Assembly: GCA_963676905.2 (NCBI GenBank)
Contig: CAXXVE010000002.1
Location: forward strand, 241,761 to 305,760
Direction of reading: 5' to 3'
DNA length: 64,000 nucleotides
Origin: Oceanispirochaeta sp.
Lineage (GTDB): Bacteria; Spirochaetota; Spirochaetia; DSM-2461
A program made the translations under genes and the position numbers. Of this stretch, positions 49,464 through 57,666 are shown piece after piece. The notes below the pieces were generated by a model. That model searched no databases. It was not told the DNA's origin and was given only the letters and a program-made list of their open reading frames with translations. The number at the start of each line of letters is the position of its first letter. Position 1 is the stretch's first letter.

Positions 49464-50221
49464 GTCAATTTCATTCTTTATTTTATTCTTATCAATAAGT
49501 ACGAATCTACAATAAGTGGTCAGTGTTAATAGTAAACCAGATATAATTGCTAGAATAATTAAGAGTAATACATAACGTAATGTATTTGTCCCTAATTTTT
49601 CAAAAATTGTATTAATTTTTAACATAGATGATATAAATGAACTTAAAACACCCCACACCCATGAAACAAAACCTAATATAATCGAGAGAACAATTGTTGT
49701 ATCGAAATGCTCCTTTACTAGATTTAAACTTTTTTTCCAAATCTTAAGTAAATTTAATTTTTCTGTATCCACAAAAGTCACGATATAAAATCCTGTTATA
49801 TTTATTATAATAAACGCGAGCGTATCTATAGTCATTATTAAATAATATATAGCGGATGGGATATTTTTACCCGCCAATAAAGTAGGAACAAATTTTAATG
49901 CAACTATTATCATTTGGTAAGGTATATACACTTGAACTAAGAATCTAAATATTTTCTTAATACAATTTTTTCATAATTGTTATATTTTTCTTGATAAAAG
50001 TGAATTACAAATGTAAGAAAAATAATATTAAAAAGTAATGAAAATGTGCTTCCTGCTAACGGTGGTGTATAAATAGATAGCATTTGATAAAATAAATTAT
50101 TACTAAAATAATAATCCAATATAAAAATCGGTATATAAAGCACAAGAAGATAAATAATAATCTTTTTTATATCGCTTTTAATTATTTTTGTACTGTCTTT
50201 TATGATATCAATTGAATTCAT
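49458..50221 (-). pseudogene. Frameshifted multi-pass membrane protein cassette (ORFs 50221-49937 and 49931-49458)
   Basis: One extra A near 49955 would join ..KIVL to KKIFRFLVQVYIPYQ..; both halves are hydrophobic. Confidence 0.7.
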
Positions 50222-50244
50222 TTTTTTTCCTTTTCTCTATGTAC

Positions 50245-50414
50245 ATGTAACATCCAATTAACCTGCGTACCGGCCCGGCCCAGCCGGGTATTGGCGATTT
50301 TCTTGCTTTCCAGTGTATCCCCTTAACTGTTATACGGAAACAACTTTTTGTTGTTCCTCCAGTTTCTGCAAGAAACTTGACAATAGGAACGACAGGTTCA
50401 ATTGTTTGTTATGT
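50245..50414 (-). repeat. Unusually long attC site, 170 bp
   Basis: atgtaac..gttatgt; caatt-aacctg-cgt / acg-A-caggtt-C-aattg; R'' contains the upstream stop codon. Confidence 0.85.
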
Positions 50415-51152
50415 GGTGATTTGTTCATTCCTCATATTCTCAACATTGTCTATAAGTGCCAATATTTCTTTTTTATTATTTGTTGGATTTAGATATTGAT
50501 CCAAAAGGGATATATAATATTCACTGTAAGTGAAATTTATGGCACATAAGTCATTACACGATTCATATATTGTCTTATGAAAAATATTATATTCTTTCAT
50601 TAACTCAGGTCTAAAGGATTTAATAAGATCTTTACCAACCAATCTGGATATCTTTCTTATTTCATTTTCTTTTACTGTCTGAGCAAGACATTTTCTGTAA
50701 TGGCCTATTAAATATTGCGTGTCTGGAGCCCAAAGTTTTGCTAACTGTTTTCCGTCAATAATTATTTCTTTTTTATAGTATTTATTATTACCGTATAAAC
50801 AAAGTGAATCAGAGCATACTATCAGCCAGTAATCATAGTTTTCTTGAAGATATTTTTCATTTACAATATTAATATCTATACCGGTTAAGAATTTAATTTC
50901 AGAATTAATTTTCTTTTCATTCTTCAATAGTTCATTTGATTTGATTGTATCATTATCTTTAGTTAGAATACATAAAACATCTAAGTCTGAGACTTCAGGA
51001 ATTTCTTCACCTCTTGAAACAGAACCCTGCAGACGAATTTCTAATATTTTATCTCTATAACAACTTTTTAGTATTTTAACTGCTGCATCTATATACTTCA
51101 TATATTGAGGTTTTATTTTTTTATATTCAGAAGTATTCTTCAATAATATCAT
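50409..51152 (-). CDS. Nucleotidyltransferase (Pol-beta superfamily); cassette gene
   Basis: LQGSVSRGE..SDLD motif plus a helical C-terminal domain. Confidence 0.82.
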   Translation of the reverse strand: MILLKNTSEYKKIKPQYMKYIDAAVKILKSCYRDKILEIRLQGSVSRGEEIPEVSDLDVLCILTKDNDTIKSNELLKNEKKINSEIKFLTGIDINIVNEKYLQENYDYWLIVCSDSLCLYGNNKYYKKEIIIDGKQLAKLWAPDTQYLIGHYRKCLAQTVKENEIRKISRLVGKDLIKSFRPELMKEYNIFHKTIYESCNDLCAINFTYSEYYISLLDQYLNPTNNKKEILALIDNVENMRNEQITT

Positions 51153-51214
51153 AGTGATTAATTGATTCCTAACTTATTTGATACCTATTATTTTTTCATT
51201 AAATTTCTCTATCT

Positions 51215-51313
51215 ACATAACACCCTTTTTAGCTGCAGGAGGTGGCAGCGTGCAAAATGAATGCATATACCTGGAACCTGACCCCGACTGTCTGCTACAA
51301 AAGATTGTTAAGT
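51215..51313 (-). repeat. attC site, 99 bp, closing HUH cassette copy A
   Basis: acataac..gttaagt with the same stem as 45635-45733. Confidence 0.9.
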
Positions 51314-51509
51314 CAGCATCATTTATAAGAAATTCAATTCTTCTGCGGACTTACCTGCATAGTCTTTTCTTCTGAGAAAATAGTAAACGAGAGGCGTTCA
51401 TAAGTAAAGGAGTTTAAAAATTTCAGAGAATCTGTTTCTGAGGTATTATATTTGCAATATGGCTGCTTTTGGAGACAGTCCTCGATTATGAATCTGTCTT
51501 CGTAGATGT

Positions 51510-52625
51510 TCATGCTATTCCTAAAAGTTGGCCGTGGCCTGGTGGCCAGCAATACTTTGACAGATATAATCTTACTATCAGCGGAAGAGGTTTCCCTCGA
51601 CCAAAGACATCGATAGTTTCCAAGGGTGTATCGCATTCTGGACATGTCTCTTCGTCATCAATGATTTCTTTAACCCCACCAAGCTCTTCCACACGGATTC
51701 TTTCCAGTGTTTCAACTTGCCGGTTAGAATACAATCCATAGTTCCTGATCGTGACTGCTCCTTTCGGTGGTACATGATTAAAGTAACGTTCTCTGAATAT
51801 CCGCATACTGAGTACTGTCTTTCTCGTTTCACCACGATATCTCTCGTAAATTGTCGCGGTATCGTTATAGTTATCGAAATCAATGTCTTCTATATCCGAA
51901 ATAAACCCACAGATGGATTTAGACAGGTAATCAACAATATTGTCTCCATTGAACTTATGGATGGCCGGATAAACAGTGTACTCCCTATCCTGGCAGTTTC
52001 TTGTTTCAAAGCGGACAGTATTTCTTTTCACACCGGACAATTTCTTAATAAAATGCGGAAGCAGAGTTTCCCGTACTGTATCACAGATAATAGAGTATTT
52101 CATTGAAGGATAAGATTCGAACCAGTCATTCTCTGCGTTGACTCCTCCATCCGTGACGATACAGTGCATATGCGGTTTATAGGCAAGACCGACACTATGG
52201 CTTTGGAAGACAAGTATTACCCCAGGGGTTATCCCTGATTCTTTGCACATATTCTTGAATCCAAGATCTACCGCATGGAAAAACGAACTGATGAACTGCC
52301 GACGATCTATCAGCCATAGCGTATTCATTTCTTCAGGGAGAGAGACTATCAGATGATAATGCCCCATGGGTAATATCTTGGCGTGCATTTTACGGTTCCA
52401 CTTTGCCTGATTCTTTTTAGAGCAATTCGGGCAACCCCGTTGATTGCAGGGATTGTATAAAACTGTATGGGTATGACATTTTGGGCAGTAGACGACACGT
52501 CCTCCCAAATCGATTGTACGGCAGGATAGAATATTGCTTGCGGCTTGTGCCTGTTCTTTATCTAATAGAACTCCCGGTGTGGTTGCCCATATTTCGACCT
52601 GTGACATAAAATCCCCCATTGCCAT
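51510..52625 (-). CDS. IS91-like HUH (Y2) endonuclease/transposase, intact, in a 1484-bp cassette
   Basis: Zn domain CRT.DLGG..CPKC..YNPCNQRGCPNC, YHLIVSLP, HUH PHMHC, DYLSKS, HVPPKG..IRNYG. Confidence 0.88.
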   Translation of the reverse strand: MAMGDFMSQVEIWATTPGVLLDKEQAQAASNILSCRTIDLGGRVVYCPKCHTHTVLYNPCNQRGCPNCSKKNQAKWNRKMHAKILPMGHYHLIVSLPEEMNTLWLIDRRQFISSFFHAVDLGFKNMCKESGITPGVILVFQSHSVGLAYKPHMHCIVTDGGVNAENDWFESYPSMKYSIICDTVRETLLPHFIKKLSGVKRNTVRFETRNCQDREYTVYPAIHKFNGDNIVDYLSKSICGFISDIEDIDFDNYNDTATIYERYRGETRKTVLSMRIFRERYFNHVPPKGAVTIRNYGLYSNRQVETLERIRVEELGGVKEIIDDEETCPECDTPLETIDVFGRGKPLPLIVRLYLSKYCWPPGHGQLLGIA

Positions 52626-52698
52626 GCAATGGGGAACTGCTGAAAACAGTTTAGTGCTTCAATTCTTCAGTGAATTTTTCTGATTTTTTCTCATGTCG

Positions 52699-52846
52699 AC
52701 TTAACATAATTTATTCGTTGTTCTATATAATTCCCAGATTCACCCGGACACATGTTGAAGTGTATAGCGATTCAATGATATCCGGCTGATAATTCAGTAT
52801 AAGTAGGTTATATCCACTGTTATGCTGACTCAGTATAATTCTAGCA
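52699..52846 (-). other. Candidate array-head site (attI-like or decayed attC) with possible Pc-like extended -10
   Basis: GTTAAGT core at 52705-52699; tcagtataa direct repeats at 52794 and 52830; TGcTAGAAT at 52846-52838. Confidence 0.45.
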
Positions 52847-52916
52847 TTGATATTTAAATCGATCTATGTTCATTTTGAAATAAAAATAAACGAAAGATTT
52901 ATTATGTTCTTTTCTG

Positions 52917-54572
52917 TTAATCCAGAATTACGCCTTCCCAGGGTTTGAGGACAAGTTCATTCAGTTCTTCTATCTCTCTGTGCCCCGATGTCGAAAGCTG
53001 GGGAATCAGGGGGCGGGGGAGGGGAATGCTGTGGCTCCTGGGGCTGATATTCAAATAGATATACAGTTCCCGGCTCTCTGACTTGCGGGTGTATGCCAGG
53101 ATGGTCTTCGGGCTGTCCAGCAATTTGAGGGAACCGGATTTAAGAGCGGAGCTGGAGCGGCGGAACTTTAAGAGGGCTTTATAGAAGTTCAGGAGGGAGG
53201 ATGAATCCTTTGCCTGCCGTTCCACATTGATCCTTCTTCTCTCTGTGCTTACTGGAATCCAGGGTTTGTGATCCGAGAATCCCCCGTATTTGCTGCCGTC
53301 CCACTGAAGGGGAGTCCGGCACCCGTCGCGGTTCAGGCTGCCGTGGGTCATCTTATTGAAGACAGTAAAAAGAACATCAGGCAGAAAGCGGTAGGCATGG
53401 CTCACAGGGTCCATGGAGATACTCCGGGGCAGGGCCGCCTGGCTCATGCCTATCTCTTCACCGTAGTAGCTGACAGGAATGCCCCTGGCCGTATGCTGAA
53501 GGAGGGCCTGGAGGCGGAGGAGCCGTCTGCTGCCGAGGGTCGTCATCCGCCGCATTCTGTCGTGGTTGGCAAAGACCCAGGTTGGAATCCAGGGTTCGGG
53601 GAAGAACTCTTCATACTCTTTGATGAGTTTTTTAAGCGCCGGAGCCCTGAAGGGGGTGTAGATGCTTTTAAACAGGAAGGCCGCATGGAGTCCGTTGGGC
53701 TCTTCCTCCCCTGTAAACTCCTTCATCTCCTTCAAGGTGCCGAAGGTCTCTCCAATTAGAAATCTTTCATCATACTCCTCCATCAGGGCACGGAGCTCTC
53801 TGGTGAAACCTATGGTCTCGGGAAGGTTTTCTATCATCTCGGTGGAACGGAAGAGTTTGTGGTTGCTCTCGCCAGTGGGGACAAGCTGAAAGGAGAAGGG
53901 GTTGTCCCTGAACTCGGCATCCTCATATATGGCGCCGATGATATCCAGACGGAATCCGTCCACTCCCTTCTCAAGCCAGAAGCGGAGGACATTGAACATC
54001 TCCTCCTTTACTTCCGGGTTTCTGTAATTCAGATCGGGCTGAAAGGGGAGGAACGCAGCCCAGTACCACTGGTCAGTGCGCTTGTCATACTGCCAGCCGC
54101 TTCCCTTGACCTGGCTTAACCAGTTGTTGGGGGGCTTGTTTCTGCCCTTGCCGTCCTTCCATATATACCAGTCCCTTTTGGGATTGTCCTTTGATGACGA
54201 TGACTCTATGAACCAGGGGTGCTTGTCGCTGGTGTGGTTCATCACCATATCAAGGACTATTTTCATACCTCTGCGGTGAACCTCTTTGATAAGGTGTTCA
54301 CAGTCCTTCATGGTACCGTATTCGGGGGCAATGGCTCTGTAGTCGGATATGTCGTAGCCGAAGTCCTTTTGCGGGCTGGCAAAGAAGGGGGAGATCCAGA
54401 TGGTCTCGAATCCAAGATCCTTTAAGTAATCCAGCCGGGAGATAATACCGGGCAGATCACCTATGCCGTCTCCGTTGCTGTCCTGAAAGGAACGGGGATA
54501 AATCTGATAGATGCTTGTCTCTTTCCACCAGTGGTTCTGCATAGGCCTTTCCTGAAAGTTGAATCTACTCAA
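52917..54572 (-). CDS. GH13 alpha-glucosidase / oligo-1,6-glucosidase
   Basis: YQIYPRSFQDSNGDGIGDL, DMVMNHTS, GFRLD, GET, NHD, YYGEEIGM. Confidence 0.93.
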   Translation of the reverse strand: MSRFNFQERPMQNHWWKETSIYQIYPRSFQDSNGDGIGDLPGIISRLDYLKDLGFETIWISPFFASPQKDFGYDISDYRAIAPEYGTMKDCEHLIKEVHRRGMKIVLDMVMNHTSDKHPWFIESSSSKDNPKRDWYIWKDGKGRNKPPNNWLSQVKGSGWQYDKRTDQWYWAAFLPFQPDLNYRNPEVKEEMFNVLRFWLEKGVDGFRLDIIGAIYEDAEFRDNPFSFQLVPTGESNHKLFRSTEMIENLPETIGFTRELRALMEEYDERFLIGETFGTLKEMKEFTGEEEPNGLHAAFLFKSIYTPFRAPALKKLIKEYEEFFPEPWIPTWVFANHDRMRRMTTLGSRRLLRLQALLQHTARGIPVSYYGEEIGMSQAALPRSISMDPVSHAYRFLPDVLFTVFNKMTHGSLNRDGCRTPLQWDGSKYGGFSDHKPWIPVSTERRRINVERQAKDSSSLLNFYKALLKFRRSSSALKSGSLKLLDSPKTILAYTRKSESRELYIYLNISPRSHSIPLPRPLIPQLSTSGHREIEELNELVLKPWEGVILD

Positions 54573-54719
54573 TATAATAGACTAATTTTAAAAGATGGAC
54601 ATCTGTTTTGGGAAAAAAGATTGTGTCATTGTATATATTAAAAATTATATATTCTGTTCATACTTTTTTTATATTCAGAAGTTACTGTTGATGACATAAC
54701 AAGTTTCGGAGGTTCACAA

Positions 54720-55247
54720 ATGAACAGATCAGTTGTTTTATTATCCTTGCTGGTGTTGATGTCATATAGCCTTTTTGCTGAGGACTTCGGTTCTGCAGGA
54801 GCCATGGGAAAGTCTGAGTTTACACTGGAAGAGATGCTGGCCTATGCCATCCAGGATGAGTATCTTGCCCTGAACGAGTACAGGGCACTTATTAAAGAGT
54901 TTGGAGTGGACAGGCCCTATACAAATATTGCCAGAGCTGAAGAGTCCCATATCTCCTTTCTTGAAGATCTCTATCAAAAGTACGATTTGAGCATACCCGA
55001 TGTGGATACAGGAGATCATATCGTTCTTCCCTCATCCCTGCAGGAGGCTGCGGAGATCGGAGTGGAAGCTGAAATCAACAATATTGCCATGTACGACAGG
55101 TTTCTGGACCAGGACATCCCTTCGGATGTAAAGGATGTCTTTATCTATCTCAGAGATGCATCAAAGAACCATTTGAGAGCCTTTGAACGCCAGCTCGAGA
55201 GAGGGACCGCCCCTGGCAGCAGGTCCGGAAATCAGGCCGGCCGCTGA
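54720..55247 (+). CDS. Secreted ferritin-like (DUF2202-type) protein
   Basis: Signal peptide; DEYLA..Y, AEESH, EINNIAMY, ASKNHLRAF. Confidence 0.78.
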   Translation: MNRSVVLLSLLVLMSYSLFAEDFGSAGAMGKSEFTLEEMLAYAIQDEYLALNEYRALIKEFGVDRPYTNIARAEESHISFLEDLYQKYDLSIPDVDTGDHIVLPSSLQEAAEIGVEAEINNIAMYDRFLDQDIPSDVKDVFIYLRDASKNHLRAFERQLERGTAPGSRSGNQAGR

Positions 55248-55277
55248 AGAGTATAACTAACCTGCCTGAAAGCGCTG

Positions 55278-56642
55278 TCAGCTGATTCTGTACCGGACCA
55301 CTTCGGCAGCGCCTTCGGCATAGTCTCTGAAGATTCCCGCACCCTTTCCCCCGTTGATAGCGGCTCCCAGGCAGCTCTCCTCACTCAGATCAAGAAGGTT
55401 AACCCTCATCCCGTATTCAGCTTCCGCCGCCCGTATCAAATGGCTGTTTTTTCGTATGCCGTTCCCCGCGGCGGCAAGGAACGACAGGTCCTCTCTTACA
55501 TCCCCGGGTAGGTCCAGATAGAAGCGGCGGAGTTCATTGACCATGCCCCGAACCGTGGCCTTCACCATCAGGGACGGGGTAAAGTTCCGGTCCGTCACAT
55601 TCTTATACCATCCGTAACTGCGGTCTGCTCCCCGCTCTCCCAGAAAAAGGGGCATACACTCCATGTCATCATCGGATTCTGTAAAATCCAGATCCATCTC
55701 ATCCATCTTCTTCAGAATACTCCCTGTTTCAGTGGACCCGAACAGGATGGCAGCCTGAGTGAAGAAGTCTTTGAGGATCATATAGGACTTTCCCCCGGAG
55801 AGGGAGAAGGCGGCAAAGAGGTAACCTTCATCCCCCAGGGCCCGTGTCTCAAACCCCTTGTACTGTCCGTATTCCTCTCTGGCAAAGGATATCTGACCGG
55901 CGGTACCGTAGTTTAAAAGAAGGCTCCGTTCCTTCTCTTTCACAGAACCCAGAAAGCTTGCCTGATTGTCGCCTATGGGCTGAACAACAGGGATGCCTCT
56001 GTAGCTGCCCAGAACTTCGGTGGAAGGGACTATATCGGGAAGAAACTCCCGGCACTTCAGGGGGAGCCTATCCATACTCCTTGAGTGTCTGCCTGTTTTT
56101 ATATCTGCAATGCCCATACTGGCCCCCAGAGTAATGTCGGTAACGGGGACCTTCCTTCCTGTAAGGCGCATGGCGGCAAAGTCGCCTATATTGCAGAATT
56201 TCTGGGCATCCTCCGGAAACGATCCGTCCAGGATCAGGGAGCAGTGGGTCACAATGCCGTAGCCTGTATGGACGGGGTATCCCAGCTCTCCGGTAAGGTA
56301 GTCCTCCAGGGCAGGGGCTCCCTCTCCTGCGGGAAGCCGGCCTCTCTTGTTCTGCCATGTGTAGAAGGGGCTGACCGCATTTCCCTCTTCGTCCACATAG
56401 AGGATGCCGTGCATCTGGGCGCTTATGGAGCAGGAGCCGATTTTCTCAGATGAAGCCTCAATAAGTTCATCCAGAATGGACTGCAGTGTGTCTGCAATGA
56501 CAAGAGGGTCCTGTGTATACTCAATGCGGTCATCGAGGAATCTGTTGTCCTTCTGAATGGTCCTGACAGTTTTGTGCTCTTTGAGGGAGTATAGTACTCC
56601 GCAGATTGTGGTTGTCCCGATGTCCAGTCCAATGATGTTCAT
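55278..56642 (-). CDS. FGGY carbohydrate kinase, sedoheptulokinase-like
   Basis: GLDIGTTTI, SAQMHG, SPFYTWQ, GDNQASFLG, LNYGTAGQIS, GNGIRKN. Confidence 0.82.
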   Translation of the reverse strand: MNIIGLDIGTTTICGVLYSLKEHKTVRTIQKDNRFLDDRIEYTQDPLVIADTLQSILDELIEASSEKIGSCSISAQMHGILYVDEEGNAVSPFYTWQNKRGRLPAGEGAPALEDYLTGELGYPVHTGYGIVTHCSLILDGSFPEDAQKFCNIGDFAAMRLTGRKVPVTDITLGASMGIADIKTGRHSRSMDRLPLKCREFLPDIVPSTEVLGSYRGIPVVQPIGDNQASFLGSVKEKERSLLLNYGTAGQISFAREEYGQYKGFETRALGDEGYLFAAFSLSGGKSYMILKDFFTQAAILFGSTETGSILKKMDEMDLDFTESDDDMECMPLFLGERGADRSYGWYKNVTDRNFTPSLMVKATVRGMVNELRRFYLDLPGDVREDLSFLAAAGNGIRKNSHLIRAAEAEYGMRVNLLDLSEESCLGAAINGGKGAGIFRDYAEGAAEVVRYRIS

Positions 56643-57664
56643 CTTTTTATTACTCTTCCTTTTATGCAGCGGGTCTCCGCTGTTCTCTCTTTTTTCATAT
56701 ACAGCAGCTGAAAGCAGGTCCTGCCCATCAGATCAAAGGGCTGTTCATAGACAGTTAGCCCCAGCTCTTCGGACTCATCAAAGTTGTCTATGGAGAGGAC
56801 GGGACGGTCATCTTTCAGATACTTTTTCAGGGCGATGCCGATGGCGCCGTTGCCGCAGATAAATCCCGAGGCACTGTGGCCATCAAGCCAGCGGGTAAAG
56901 TCACTGTTTGCAGCAAGCTCGTCAGCTGCCAGGTTTTCCTGGTTCCAGGGAAGCCTGTAAACCTCGTCTCTCTCCCCCTTGATCCGGAGGAAGCTCTCCT
57001 CCCGCTCCCGTGTACTGCTCATGCCGGCTTTGTCCCACCCCACATAGGCGAGGGGGCCTGAGGTCATCTGTTTCAGAACCGTGTATAGGGAGCTTATGCC
57101 GTGATTGTTGTCCACAGAGACGGAGTCGCAGTAGTCAGACTCCCCTGTGCGGTCAAAAAACACAATATTCATGCCAAGGCCGCTGAGCTGCCTGATGTAT
57201 TCATCCTTCAGCTCGGCATCATAGGGCCAGATGACAATGTCCCGTATCCCTTTGAGAAAGAGGGAGAAGAGGACCTTCTCAAGGCCCGATGCATTGCCCG
57301 AGTCAAGCTGTTTGATCATTACAAGTACACCCTCTGCCTCCGCCTCCCGTTCAAAGGCCCTGTAGAAGGACATAAAGAAGGGATTGTGGACCGGGCAGAC
57401 AACAGCGGTGATTCCGCTGCTGCCGGGAGTGCGGGTCTTCAGGGGGGTATAGACGGCGCCGCTGCCCTGGGTATTGGCAATGTAGCCTTCGGCCTCAAGG
57501 AGCTGCCGGGCTTTCCGGATGGTTCCCCGGCTTACCGAAAGTTCTTCCGCCTGTTTTCTTTCGGGAGGGAGCTGCTGGTCGGGAAGTATCTCCCCTGAAA
57601 AGACCTTGCGGAAGAAATCCAGCCTGATCTCGCCGTAGAGGGTCTCGCTGTCTTTTGCTGCCAT
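56639..57664 (-). CDS. GntR-HTH + LacI-type sugar-binding regulator (AraR-like)
   Basis: LPPERKQAEELSVSRGTIRKA followed by a periplasmic-binding-protein fold. Confidence 0.85.
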   Translation of the reverse strand: MAAKDSETLYGEIRLDFFRKVFSGEILPDQQLPPERKQAEELSVSRGTIRKARQLLEAEGYIANTQGSGAVYTPLKTRTPGSSGITAVVCPVHNPFFMSFYRAFEREAEAEGVLVMIKQLDSGNASGLEKVLFSLFLKGIRDIVIWPYDAELKDEYIRQLSGLGMNIVFFDRTGESDYCDSVSVDNNHGISSLYTVLKQMTSGPLAYVGWDKAGMSSTREREESFLRIKGERDEVYRLPWNQENLAADELAANSDFTRWLDGHSASGFICGNGAIGIALKKYLKDDRPVLSIDNFDESEELGLTVYEQPFDLMGRTCFQLLYMKKERTAETRCIKGRVIKR

Positions 57665-57666
57665 TG

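Larger units (their letters stand above)
37061..52813 (-). mobile_element. Integron gene-cassette array without an integrase in the window (CALIN-like)
   Basis: Nine attC hairpins plus a candidate head site; all cassette genes on the minus strand; AT-rich; in 8 cassettes the start core is the exact complement of the closing inverse core. Confidence 0.9.

Noticed and set aside
51334-51645. 103-aa ORF (and its twin 45754-46065) overlapping the HUH 3' end
   Set aside because: It overlaps the main gene in another frame and has no SD. Its presence in both copies only reflects the recent duplication. Not fully excluded.
51314-52698. Canonical IS91/ISCR oriIS and terIS ends around the HUH gene
   Set aside because: No recognisable IS91 terminal motifs or GTTC/CTTG junctions; homology between copies ends at attC cores instead.
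37857-52813. CRISPR interpretation of the recurring intergenic repeats
   Set aside because: The repeats are 98-170 bp, divergent and separated by whole genes; no cas genes. No rRNA or tRNA genes were recognised anywhere in the window either.
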